The translations under genes were made by a program, and so were the position numbers. The notes below the pieces were generated by a model. It did not search any database, was not told the DNA's origin, and saw only the letters and a program-made list of their open reading frames with translations. Shown here one piece after another: positions 12,970 to 24,323 of a stretch of 64,000 nucleotides of DNA (position 1 is the stretch's first letter; the number at the start of each line of letters is the position of its first letter). This DNA is from Mobula hypostoma (lineage: Eukaryota), in contig NC_086108.1 of the NCBI RefSeq assembly GCF_963921235.1, positions 115,074,001 to 115,138,000 of the forward strand, read 5' to 3'.

Positions 12970-13423
12970 TGTCATGTTCTGTTATCTTGTATATGAGTGC
13001 TGAGTTGAGGAGCGCAGGCTTTTTTCGGGAGGCGAGCGGAGAGGCCGGACGTGCGGGGAACGGACAGCGGTTCCAGGGCGGCGGATACCGGACCTCGGGG
13101 ATTCGGCGGGTGGCCGGAGTATCGGAAGGACATTGGGGATGCAACCGGAGGCGTGAGCGCCAACGTATTAAAATATTATGTGCACAAGACTGATAAGTTA
13201 CTTATGTGGCGCCTTTTCTTGTAGTTGTTTCTACTAACCCGTCACCAAAAATTTGCTATAAAGTACAATTCTTTACTCACACTTTGTATATTATTTCATA
13301 TTTGTGTCGTGGCTTATCATTGGGCGACTCACACCTTATCCGCACCGAAGCATTTGCACTGTTTGGCGGGGTCGACGGCTATTCACCTAGGCAACGGGGG
13401 TCAGTGGGGCAAAGACCCTTACA
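12970..13423. mobile_element. Candidate solo LTR (TGT...ACA), CpG-rich
   Basis: Starts TGTCATG and ends CCTTACA (imperfect inverted termini). Appears to interrupt a CR1-type tail. No clear TSD. Confidence 0.4.
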
Positions 13424-13874
13424 CAGGTATCTGTTCAAATGCCTCTTCAGTAAGCATATTTAAAACATTGAGCACATTTACAAGGAGCTCTTTTGAGGAA
13501 GGCAGCATTCTTCATCCAGGACCTCCACAATCCAGGCCGTGCTCTTCTCTTGTTGCTAACTATCCACACATCAATGCCTCTCATCGTCTTATACACCACT
13601 ATCAGGTCACCTTGCTCTCCTTGGTACATCTGCAGAGAGGGGTAACCTCTCGGTCTCCTCCTCAAAAGATTCAAATTTGTGGCTATCCCCTTGTATCTTC
13701 AAATGCAGGTAGATCCTGTCCCTCAGAATTCCCACCAACTTTCCCACCACTGATGATAGACTTGCCAGCCTGGGGTTCCCCAGCTCGTACTTTCAGCCCT
13801 TCTCAGATCAAGGCACCACACTGGCCACTGTGGGAAGACAAGAACATTGCAAGGCTGTTTGTGGGGTTATTCAC

Positions 13875-14775
13875 AGAAACATAGAAAACCTACAGCACAA
13901 TACAGGCCCTTTGGCCCACGAAGTTGTGCTGAACATGTCCCTACCTTAGAAATTACTAGACTTCCCCATAGCCCTCTATTTTTCTAAGCTCCATGTACCT
14001 ATCTAGAAGTCTCTTAAAAGACCCTATCATATCCGCCTCCACCACCGTTGCCGGCAGCCCATTCCATGCACTCACCACTCTCTGAGTAAAAAAACTTACC
14101 CCTGACATCTCCTCTGTACCTACTCCCCAGCACCTTAAACCTGTGTCCTCTTGTGGCAACCATTTCAGCCCTGGGAAAAAGCCTCTGACTATCCACATGA
14201 TCAATGCCTCTCATCATCTTATATACCTCTTATCTCCGTCGCTCCAAGGAGAAAAGGCCGAGTTCACTCCATCTATTCTCATAAGGCATGCTCCCCAATC
14301 CAGGCAACATCCTTGTAAATTTCCTCTGCACCCTTTCTATGGCTTCCTGTAGTGAGGCCACCAGAACTGAGAACAGTACTCCAAGTGGGGTCTGACCAGG
14401 GTCCTACACAGCTGCAACATTACCCCTCGGCTCCTAAGTTCAATTCCACGATTAATGAAGGCCAATACGTCACATGCCTTCTTAACCACACAGTCAACCT
14501 GCACAGCGGCTTTCAGAGTCCTATGGACTCAGACCCCAAGATCCCTCTGATCCTCCACACTGCTAAGAGACTTACCATTAATACTGTATTCTGCCATCAT
14601 ACTTGACCTACCAAAATGAACCACTTCACACTTATCTGGGTTGAACTCCATCTGCCACTTCTCAGCCCAGTTTTGCATCCTATCGATGTCCCGCTGTAAT
14701 CTCTGACAGCCCTCCACACTATCCTTTGTGTCATCAGAAAATTTGCTAACCCATCTCTCCACTTCCTCATCCATC
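13875..14775 (-). mobile_element. CR1 LINE, 5'-truncated
   Basis: WVSKFSDDTK, MQNWAEKWQMEFNPDKCEV and FFTQRVVSAWN motifs. Same family as 3590-4616. Confidence 0.9.
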
Positions 14776-15019
14776 ATATCATTAATAGCTGTGGGTCTGC
14801 TGCTTCTATTTCAGGAAGAGTTATTACCCCTCAAACAGTTAGTACAGGCTCCTGAACCAGCTTGGATAACTTCACTCACCACAACTCTGAGCTGATAGCA
14901 CAGCAACCTACAGACTTACTTTCAAGTACTTTACAATTCATGTTCTCAGTATTATTTGTTTTTTTTTCTTTGCTCAATCTTGTCTTCTTTCGCACAATGG
15001 TTGTTTGTCTTAGTTTATC

Positions 15020-15705
15020 GTGTTGGCTTGCAGTGCAACAGGCTATCAAGAAGGCAAATGGAATGTTGGCCTTCATTGCTAGAGGGATTGAATTCAAGAG
15101 CAGGGAGGTTATGCTGCAACTATACAGGGTACTGGTGAGGCCGCACCTGGAGTACTGTGTGCAGTTGTGGTTTCCATACTTGAGGAAGGATATACTGGCT
15201 TTGGAGGCAGTGCAGAGGAGGTTCACCAGGTTGATTCCAGGGATGAAGGGGTTAACCTATGAGGAGCGATTGAGTCGCCTGAAACTGTACTCTCTGGAAT
15301 TCAGAAGAATGAGCGGGGATCTTATAGAATCATACAAAATTTTGAAAGGGATAGATGAGATAGAAGTAGGAAAGTTGTTTCCATTGGTAAGTGAGACTAG
15401 AACTAGGGGACATTGCCTCAAGATTCAGGGGAGAAGATTTAGGATGGAGATGAAGAGAAACTGTTTTTCCCAGAGAGTGGTGAATCTGTGCAATTCTCTG
15501 CCCAGGGAAGCAATTGAGGATTCTTCAATAAATATATTTGAGATACAGTTAGATAGATTTTTATATAGTAGGGGAATTAGGGGTTATGGGGAAAAGGCAG
15601 GTAGATGGAGCTGAGTTTACGGACAGATCAGCCATGATCTTATTGAATGGCGGGGCAGGCTCGATGGGCCGGATGGCCGACTCCTGCTCCTATTTCTTAT
15701 GTTCT
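15020..15705 (+). mobile_element. CR1 LINE 3' fragment with an open frame
   Basis: KKANGMLAFIARGIEFKSREVMLQLYRVLVRPHLEYCVQ...GYGEKAGRWS*, followed by a CR1 tail. Confidence 0.9.
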
Positions 15706-16830
15706 TATATATATAGTGATGTATACATACTTTGAAAATAAAGTTACTTTGACTTTGTTTCAGAAGGGTTGTAGGAAAAATTTCCTCAGCTTTCTTGTCC
15801 GTGTGTGTGTGAGAGGACAGTTCTGCAGTGCCTCTGAAACAGTCCCCTCCTGCAGTCTTTCCACAGTAACCATTCCACCTTGCACAGCACAGCTCTCACT
15901 ACCCCTCCTCCTACTCAGAACAAGCACAGGTTAACCTTGACACAGTTTCTAACCCACCACCCTCCACCATTCCCACAATAATGAATGAGGGGTTATCTCA
16001 CTGAAACCTATCGAATACTGAAAGGCCTAAACAGAGCGGTCGTGAAGATGTTTCCTATAGTGGGTGAATCTAGGACCAAAGGGTACAACCTCAGAATAGA
16101 GGGCTGTCCATTTACAACAGAGATGGAGAGAGGAATTTTGTAGCCAGAGAGTGTTGAATCTGTGGAATTAATTACCACAGGTGGCTGTGGAGGCCATAGA
16201 AAACCTGCAGCACAATACAGGCCCTTCGGCCCACAAAGTTGTACCGAATATGTCCCTACCTTAGAAATTACTAGGGTTACCCATAGCCCTCTATTTTTCT
16301 AAGCTCCATGTACCTATCCAGAAGTCTCTTAAAAGACCCTATTGTATCCGCCTTGTAAAGCAGAGGTTGATAGCTTCTGGAATAGTCAGGGTGTCAAAGG
16401 TTCCAGGGAGAAGGCAGGAGAATGGGGTTGACAGGGACAATAAATTAGCCATTCCAAAGGGACTGTTCTCCGAGTAACTCTTGTCCCCCAATTGTGCTCC
16501 CCCCACCCCAAAAACCACAGGAGACAGTCCCCATATAAACAGTGACTCTGGTTCTTGCATCCCCTTCCTCACTGACAATCCGAGTCAGGTGACACAGTGA
16601 TCCAGTTGCAGTCTCCTCAACACTGGAGAATCTAAATCCACATTCGTAGAACACTTCCCTTTGCTTCTCCAGGATGATGCAGAGCTGTCAGTTACCTGCT
16701 CGCCCACCCTTACCCGTTTCACATCTCCCAGCATGATTTAGTTCTTTTGTCAAAATTTGCCGGTTCTGGGCAGGGGATCTCATATTCAGGTACAGATTCA
16801 GTTTATTGTCATTCAACCGTACATATGTAT

Positions 16831-17015
16831 GGGGTGTCAAGGAAGGGTAGCATCTCTGGTGGGGGAACATGTCGCGTCCTTTTCAGGGCGGTTAGTCTAC
16901 CTTTGGTCCCCACCTGGCACTCAGCTCTCACCTGTGGCTCCCCGTAGCTGTTTGCATGCGACAGCGGCCACACCCCGGGCAACGGCTTCGACAAGCCGGC
17001 TAAACCAGGTGAGGG
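16831..17015 (+). ncRNA. HDV-like (nested double pseudoknot) self-cleaving ribozyme candidate
   Basis: P1 GGGGTGT 16831-37 / ACACCCC 16970-76; P2 CTCACCTG 16927-34 / CAGGTGAG 17006-13; P3 GGC 16936-38 / GCC 16967-69; P1.1 CC 16940-41 / GG 16977-78; P4 CGGCTT 16983-88 / AAGCCG 16993-98; J4/2 GCTAA with C17000. Confidence 0.75.
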
Positions 17016-17385
17016 TAGCCGACGGGTCTCAAACCCTCGGTGAGATAGGGAGTTGTCTATCCCAGCATGTGAAGACAGACTCCGGCGGATTGAGCGGACG
17101 AGACCAATGGAAGGTCCAACGGTCAAGGCGGTCTCTGCAAGCGTCGTGGAACATGTAGAGCAGGACAAGACACAGAAGATGTCCTGGTCATCCACTGCGC
17201 CTAGTCCCATCTCCAGTCGTCTCGACTTTTGTCTTGCCACTGGATCCAGATGGGAATTGGGAAGAGAGAGTGAGGCTGACGCTGCACAACTCTCCCTCAC
17301 TTAAATCCAAATCACGTGCTAGTCTCGACACCGTCATCATCATAATGGTGTTGAGGTCTTCATCGACGACGACGATGGACGAACA
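16831..17385 (+). mobile_element. About 555-bp non-coding, non-autonomous retroelement (probably RTE-mobilised)
   Basis: No retroelement coding motifs. Ends in a short tandem tail (GACGACGACGATGGACGAACA). Imperfect TSD ACATATGTA (16821-16829) / ACACATGTA (17386-17394). Interrupts another repeat's tail, and has a second partial copy at 11494. Confidence 0.75.
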
Positions 17386-17929
17386 ACACATGTACACCGC
17401 CAAAAGTAACAACATTCGTCTGGACCAATGTGCACAACACAGTACATAAGACTCACATACAACCATACACATGTATACCACCAAAAGAAACATTTCTCCA
17501 GACCAAGGTACACAACACAGTACATATAGCTCACACACTCCATAAAAATGTACACCATCAAATGTAACAACATTCCTCCGTACCAAGGTGCACAGCACAG
17601 TACATGCAACTCACACTCAATATTAGCACTAATAAATTAACAATAAGGTGCATTTATGATACAAGTTAAAAAGTGAACAGTATAACGCTATTGATGTTTC
17701 ATATGTGATGAGGCCTGAGTGGCGGCAAGTTCAATAGTCTCACGGCCTGGGGCAATAAGCTGTTTTCTCATCCTAACAGACGCTGCAAATACCCACCAGG
17801 TTGAGCAGCATCTCCAGAGGAGGGGTTTGCAGGGTTGGTTAACTCTTGTGATATAGAGCATTATCCTGGGCATTGAGCAGCAGGTTATCTCCAGTGTTCT
17901 CTCCATGATCGAGCCCCTGGACCCACGAG

Positions 17930-18225
17930 GAGAGGCTCAGCAGTGTAACACTATTACAGCAGAGGTTCAATTCCTGCCGCTGTCCCTAAGGAGTTTGCAT
18001 ATTCTCTCCGCGACCATGTGGGGTTTGTCGTGGTGCTTCAGTTTCCTCCCACATTTCAAAGATGTACGACTTAGGGTTAGTGAGTTGTGGACATACTATG
18101 TTGGTGCCACAAAGGTAACGATGCTTGTGATCTGCCCCCAGCACACCCTCAGACTGTTGGTCGTTGACACAAACAATGCATTTCACTGTATGCTCCAACA
18201 TACACGTGACAAATAAGCTAATGTT
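17930..18225 (+). mobile_element. tRNA-derived SINE (HE1/V-SINE-like)
   Basis: B-box-like GGTTCAATTCC, then GAGTTTGCATATTCTC...GTGGGGTTT...TTTCCTCCCACATT. Related copies at about 20810-21140(+), 23895-24130(+), 42598-42810(+), 57890-58160(-) and 63730-63975(-). Confidence 0.7.
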
Positions 18226-20707
18226 TCTTTCTTTTCCTGGCTGAAACTAATCTCGTCATCTCCATCCCATGACAGATGTTCCCCTTGTCTCCTCCATTTC
18301 CTGCCAAGTTTCAATGTGCCATTTGTCTCTTTTCAGGTCTGACCTGAAATGTTGACTGTTTCTCCCTCCACAGACGCTGACTGACACACTGTTTCCATCT
18401 ATTTTTGTTTTGGATTTCCATCGCTTATATTTCACAACTCAGCAGCCACTAGAACAGCGATTCTAGTTGTTCCTGCATTTATGGGGCCTTAGAGTCATCG
18501 AACACCATAGTCAGAAACAGGCTCTTCAACCCATCTGGTCTGTGCCAAAATATTAAATCTGCCGCGTCCCTTCGACCTGCAACATAGCCCTGCAAACCCC
18601 TCTCATCCATGTACCTATCCAAACTTCTCTTAAATGCTGAAACTGAGCCTGCAGCCACCACTTCCGCCGGCTGTTCGTTCCACACTCATCACCCTCTGAG
18701 TGAAGAAGTTCCCCCTCGTGTTCCCCTTTAACTATTTTACCTTTCACACTTAACCCATGACTTTTAGTTCCAGTCTCATCCAACCTCAGTGGAAAAAGCC
18801 TATTTATACCCCTCATAATTTTGTACACCTCTAACAAATTCTCCTACGTTCTGAGGAAGGTGTACCCACCAACAATAGTATTAAACTGCACTGGGAGAGA
18901 TTCGGGACACTGTGTGGATATGAAGGGTATTTGTTATCATAAGCTATCTGAGAGCAGAGCAGGTTTCAGCTTCCTGCTCACCTTCCTTCACCTCTAACAT
19001 CAGGCTGCGGAAAGCATGACAACGTGGAGCCGCTCTGAGAACTGGCATTCCATCAATGGACAGAATGCTGTAAGGGGGACTGAAGTTGCATTGACAGTGC
19101 TTGGGTGTTTGATGGATAGGCCAGGGTGGGATTCTTTGGCCGGCCAGAATGGACAAGTTGGGGGTCACATGTCTGGTGAATTAGGGAGAGGGGTACAGAT
19201 GGGGTCTGAGAGGCATCTGTGAGTGGGTGAATGTTGGAGAGGAGGGGGAGGAAGTATTATATTGTGAGCAGGTTTGAGTCCCTTAACTAAGGAAAAAATG
19301 TGCTTACACTGGAGGGGTGCAGAGAAGGTTCACGACAATGATCCCAGGAATGAAAGGGTTAACATATGAGGAGCATTTGATGGCTCCGGGTCTGTACTCC
19401 CTGGAGTTTTAAAGGATGAGGGGGATCTAATTGTAACCTATTGAATATTGAAAGGTCTGGAGAAAGTGGATGTGCAGTGAATGTCTATACCGGTTAAGTT
19501 TCAGATCAGAGGACACAACCTCAGAATAGAGTTACATCTATTTAGAAGAAATGAGGAGGAATTTCTTTAGCCAGAGGATGCTGAATCTGTGGAATTCATT
19601 GCCACAGCTGGCTATGCATGCCACGTTATAGGGTGTATTTAAAGCAGTGATTAATAGGTTCTTTATTTATCACAGTGCCAAATTTACGGGGTGGGGTTGA
19701 GAGGGATAATAGATCAGCTACGATGGAATGCAGAGCAGACTCAATGGGCCAAATGGCCTAATTCTGCTCCCATGTCTTATGATATAAAGCTGCAGCAGAG
19801 GTGAGGGTTGAAGTCATAGGAGTGAACAGTACCCAACACCAGTAATAGGAGGAAAGGTGGTGAACACGTGTCCATTCAGCCCTTCCAGACTAGCCCATCA
19901 TTCAATGTGCTCATGGCTGCTCCTCTCCTCAGCACCGTATCCTCTGCTTGTTCACAGATACATCTCCTGAAACACGTCCAGCCACTGACCTGTGCCAGAG
20001 AATCCCACCATTCACCACCTCTGGTCCAGCACCATCTCCCCATATCAGCCTGGAATCATTTACCCCGACCTCGAGGCCATGACACCTAATGAAGACCCCA
20101 GAGCAGCAGAAAAGCCCAGAATGACAATGAGGGCTTGTCTCAGTTTTCCACACTGGAATACTCCCCAAATATCGACACCTCCAACAGGAATCAATCCTCT
20201 GAGTGTCAGCTGCACCATTTCAATAGTAGGTATAACCCTTCTTGGGGCAAGAGACTAACCTGCACACAGGTGACTGGGAGAATGACATTGGAGGCCTGTC
20301 TGTGGGTGGGAAAGGGGCTTGTTTCGTTGTTCTTGTTGCTCGTGTTGTTCTGAACGTTATATGTGGTGACACTTGTAGCAGCCCCCAACACATCCTTAGG
20401 TTGTCAATGAATTTCACCGCGTATTTCGATGTACTTGTGACAAATAAAAAGATTCTGAAGCAATAAAGGGCAAGACGGAGGCAGCCGATGGCATCACAAA
20501 TGGGTGTGCGCGTGCATGGCTACGTGTGAGTGTGTGCACATGCAGTAACTCGGAAAGCATGTTTCAGTGGGACAGAGATCACGAGTGAGGGAGACATGGT
20601 TCGGGATCAGCACTGCAAATCAGAATCCTTACGTCACAGGTCATCAGGCACCCCATCCAATAACTCCGCATCATCAGGAAACATGAGCATGTTGAATAAA
20701 GGTTCCT

Positions 20708-20718
20708 TTTATTTTAAT
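20708..20718 (-). terminator. Candidate polyadenylation signals of RNPC3 (overlapping ATTAAA and AATAAA)
   Basis: Minus strand reads CAATTAAAATAAAAG in unique sequence about 1.08 kb past the stop codon. Confidence 0.45.
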
Positions 20719-21650
20719 TGAACTCATCCATTCAACGGGGTTTTTCACAATTGACAACAGTGGCAATGCATTCACAGAGGGTACAGGACCATCAGGGTCT
20801 CACACAAAGATGCTGGAGCGAGCTCAGCGGGTAGAGCTGCTACCTCACGGCTCCAGAGACTGGGGTTCAATCGCAGCTTCTGTGTGGAGATTGTCTGCTC
20901 TCACTGCACAGGTTTCCTCCGGGTGCACCTGTTCTCTCCCACATCCCAAATACATGCAGGACGGTGGGCTAATTGGCCACTGTAAATTGTCCTTAGTGTG
21001 TGGGTGAGGGATGGAACCGGGGAGGGGGAGCTGATGGGAATGTGGGGGGGAAATTAAATGGATATAACATTGGTGCCAATGGATGGATGATAGTCGGCAG
21101 ATTTGACGGGCCAGAGGGCCTGTTTCTGTACTTCCTCCTGAGCTGTGTCAAAGACAAAGGGAAGCCCATGGTGTCAGAGAGTACTTGAGTGCTGTATTTA
21201 CACTCTATTCTTGGTTGGGGCAACTGTAACGAAAATCAGCAGCCTCAGGTCCGGAAATGGATGTGCTGCCGGACACTCACTCTGTGACGTTCCCTGCTCC
21301 CTCCCCCAATCCCTCGTATTGCTAACTGGTCACGGGGGGCAGCAGCAGGCCTCCAATCATAGTCATTAGCATAGAGGCTCTTCGGTCCAGTGAGTCCGTG
21401 ATGGTATTGAGCATCTGGAGCTGTTTGTGCTGCCACAGTGTGCAGGGAGAGAGGACAGTGTGTTGGTATGGATGCTCATCCGTGACGCGTGCTTGCTCAC
21501 CTCTGTGGCAACCACTTCACTGCAGCGGATTCACTCAATCACTGTGAGGGTTCACAACGACCAGGTTCCAGACCACTGCCAACCCCCTGCCCAGGGTCGG
21601 TGAGGGTCCTTGCAACATCGTGGTTCATCTCTACTTTTCAGATCCGCCAT

Positions 21651-21659
21651 AAAGGATAC
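21651..21659 (-). promoter_or_regulatory. Perfect U12-type 5' splice-site motif (GTATCCTTT) in the RNPC3 3'UTR; USSE-like U11-binding element
   Basis: Plus strand AAAGGATAC, about 130 nt downstream of the stop codon. Only one clear copy. Confidence 0.55.
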
Positions 21660-21791
21660 ACGGGTTAATGTTCCTCTTCGGTGGTAGAACCGTGTCCGAG
21701 GCACAGCACGAGTGAGACACCAGCTAGTCCAAGCGTAGGGTTAACACTGCCGACTGCACAGTGACACACCCACTGTCCGCAGGTTCTTCCT

Positions 21792-21857
21792 TCACTTCCC
21801 CCGCCCTTTCCGGTTCTCTGCCGCATCCGGCTTGGGACGTGCTGAGCGGGCAAATTG
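21792..21857 (-). CDS. RNPC3: RNPC3 (U11/U12 snRNP 65 kDa protein), last coding exon
   Basis: QFARSARPKPDAAENRKGRGK*. AG acceptor 21859-21858, preceded by a U12 branch point. Confidence 0.95.
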   Translation of the reverse strand, partial: QFARSARPKPDAAENRKGRGK

Positions 21858-23719
21858 CTGTCAACATGTTAAGGAGAATCAGCAGTCAAGAGCAAGAGAA
21901 AACACCGCAGGGCCATTCGGCCCCTCTATACTATTCCATTAAGTGTGGCCATGACTGATCTGCCCCATCGCCCTGTCTCTCAATCTGTCAAACATTTTTC
22001 TCTCTCTCTCCTCTTTACACACTCTCAGTGGTGGAGAAATTCAGATTCCCCTCCCTCTACGAGAAGACCCTACACAGCTCAGTTTTATATCTCTGACCCC
22101 GATCCTGTTTGTCTCCTTGATTCAGACTCTCCCTTTGATGGAAACATCTCCACATCTCTCCTGTGGTGTCCCCTCAGGGTATTTCAGAAAGATGTCCCCC
22201 AGTTCTTCAACTACACCTAGTTTCCATTCCCTGGCACTGGAATATTATTTCCGAAGAAGAAACTAGAACTGTTTCCTTTGGAACAGATGAGGCAGGTAAC
22301 TGTGCAAAAAGTAAATATTTATATGCTGTATAAACCACCTTTTAATTACTTTAAATTTTTCTCACCTAATCTAGAATATAAAAACTAGGATGTAACGTTG
22401 AGGTTCTATAAGGCTTTACTTGGAGTACTGTAAGTAGTTTGGGGCCCCTTTCTAGGTAAAGATGTGCTGGCATTGGAGAGGTTTCAGGGGAGGTTTACAA
22501 GAATGATTCCAGGATTGAAGGGTTTAACATATTAAGTGTGTTTGATTGATCTGGGCCCGTACTCATTGACATTTAGAAGAAGAAAAACCACTTAATTGAA
22601 ACGTATTGAACACTGAAAGGCCTAGACAGGGTGCACCTGGAGAGGATGTTTCCTGTAGTGGGTGAGTGTGGGATCATAGGGGACCACCTCAGAATAGAAG
22701 GACATCCATTTGGAATGGAGATGAGGAGGAATTTCTTTAGCCAGAGGGTAGTGAATTTGTGGAAATTGTCATGTTGTAGCCTTATAAAACTCTAGTTAGG
22801 CTGTATTTGGAGTACTGCAAACAGTTCTGGTCACCCTATTATAGGAAGGATGTCAAGGCTTTGGACAGGGTGCTTCCTAGCTTGGAGGACATGTGGTAGA
22901 ACGAAAGGCTGGACAAACCTGGGTTGTTTTCTCTGGAGCAGCGGAGGCTGAGGGGAGATCGGAGAGAGGTTTATATGTTTATTAGAGGCAAAGGTAGAGC
23001 AGGCAGACCATATCTTTTCACTGGGGTGAAATGTCAAATACCAGAGGGCATTCATTTAAGGTAAGGGGGTTAAGTTCAAAGGAGATATGAGGAAAGATAC
23101 AGTTGACATTTTGGGCTGAGACCCTTCATCAGGAAGGGGGCAGAAGTGAGAATAAGCAGAAGGGGAGAGGGGGAGGATTACAAGATAGAAGGTGATAGGT
23201 AGAGCAGGTGAGGGGGAAATTGGTGGGTGGGGGGAGAGGGGAAGTGATGGGTAGAAGAGGTAAAGGGTTGAAGAAAGAATCTGATAGGAGAAGAGAGCAG
23301 ACCAGACCAGGAGAGAAGGGGAAGGAGATGATGGGCCTGTGAGAAGAGAAGGAGTAAGAGAGGAACCAGAATGGGGAATGGTAAAAGGGAAGGGGGGGGG
23401 GTAGAAATCGAAAGGTTGGAGGTTACCTAGATGGAATATTAAGCGTTGCTTCTCCAGCCTGTAGGTGGCCACATATCAACATGTCAAATTGAAATGGGTG
23501 GCCACAGGAGTATGCTGCCTTCTATGGCAGACAGAATGAAGGTACTCCACAAAGCCATCCAAAACCCATCTGCATCGGGACTATGCACTGCTGATTACTC
23601 AGTAATACGTACTGAGAAGAGCGGTGGACTCAATGTGGTACAGGGCCTGATTCTGAGCTGTGTCCCTCAGTAAAAATGACAGACAATAACCCCTATAGCA
23701 TCATTCTATCAAAGGATAC
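21858..23719 (-). other. U12-type (minor) GT-AG intron of RNPC3
   Basis: Donor GTATCCTTT (23719-23711). Branch point TCCTTAAC (21875-21868) 8 nt before the terminal AG. No polypyrimidine tract. Confidence 0.95.
23094..23470 (-). mobile_element. Penelope-like element 3' fragment with a decayed hammerhead motif
   Basis: ATYRLEKQRLIFHLGNLQP (PLE ORF end), a pyrimidine-rich UTR, and CTGATGAAGGGTCTCAGCCCAAAATGTCAAC. Confidence 0.7.
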
Positions 23720-23852
23720 AACCACCATAGGCTTCTCACTGAGGACAAAGCCGTTGACTTCCTTCAAAGCCTTGGCTGCTGCTTGCTCATTGGGAAGCCC
23801 GATGAAAGCCTGGCCCTTCATTCGTCCTTCCTTCATCAGGCGGATGTCAAAC
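23720..23852 (-). CDS. RNPC3: RNPC3 exon (C-terminal RRM, RNP1)
   Basis: 133 bp: (M)FDIRLMKEGRMKGQAFIGLPNEQAAAKALKEVNGFVLSEKPMVV. AG acceptor 23854-23853. Confidence 0.97.
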
Positions 23853-24323
23853 CTTCAGGGGAAAAGTGAGAGTTTTTAACATGAACATTGGGGACGGAAC
23901 AGTAGCATAGTGGTTAGCCTAACAGTATTACAGCACCAGTGACCCGGGGTCAATTCCGCCGGTGTCCTGTATGGTTTCCCTGTGACGTGTGGGTTTCCTG
24001 CGGGTGCTCCAGCCTTTTCCCACTTTCCAGAGACAGATGGGTTAGGAGGTTAATTGGTCACATGGGTGTAACTGGGCGGCAAAGCCTTGCTGGGCTGGAA
24101 CAGCCTGTAACAGAGTTGCATCACTAAATCAATTGTTGCCCACTCCTCCTGAAGACAATGCACAGCCAATGTCAATCCCACTCACCTACACTAGGCAATT
24201 ATTTGTTGATGCCTTGTGGTTGGAAACGGGCTGCTGATAGTTTGGGCTGAGACCCTTCATCTGGACTGAAAGAGTTGAGGCGAGAGAGCTGGCAGAGAGA
24301 GGAGGGGGAAGAAGTGGAGCAAA

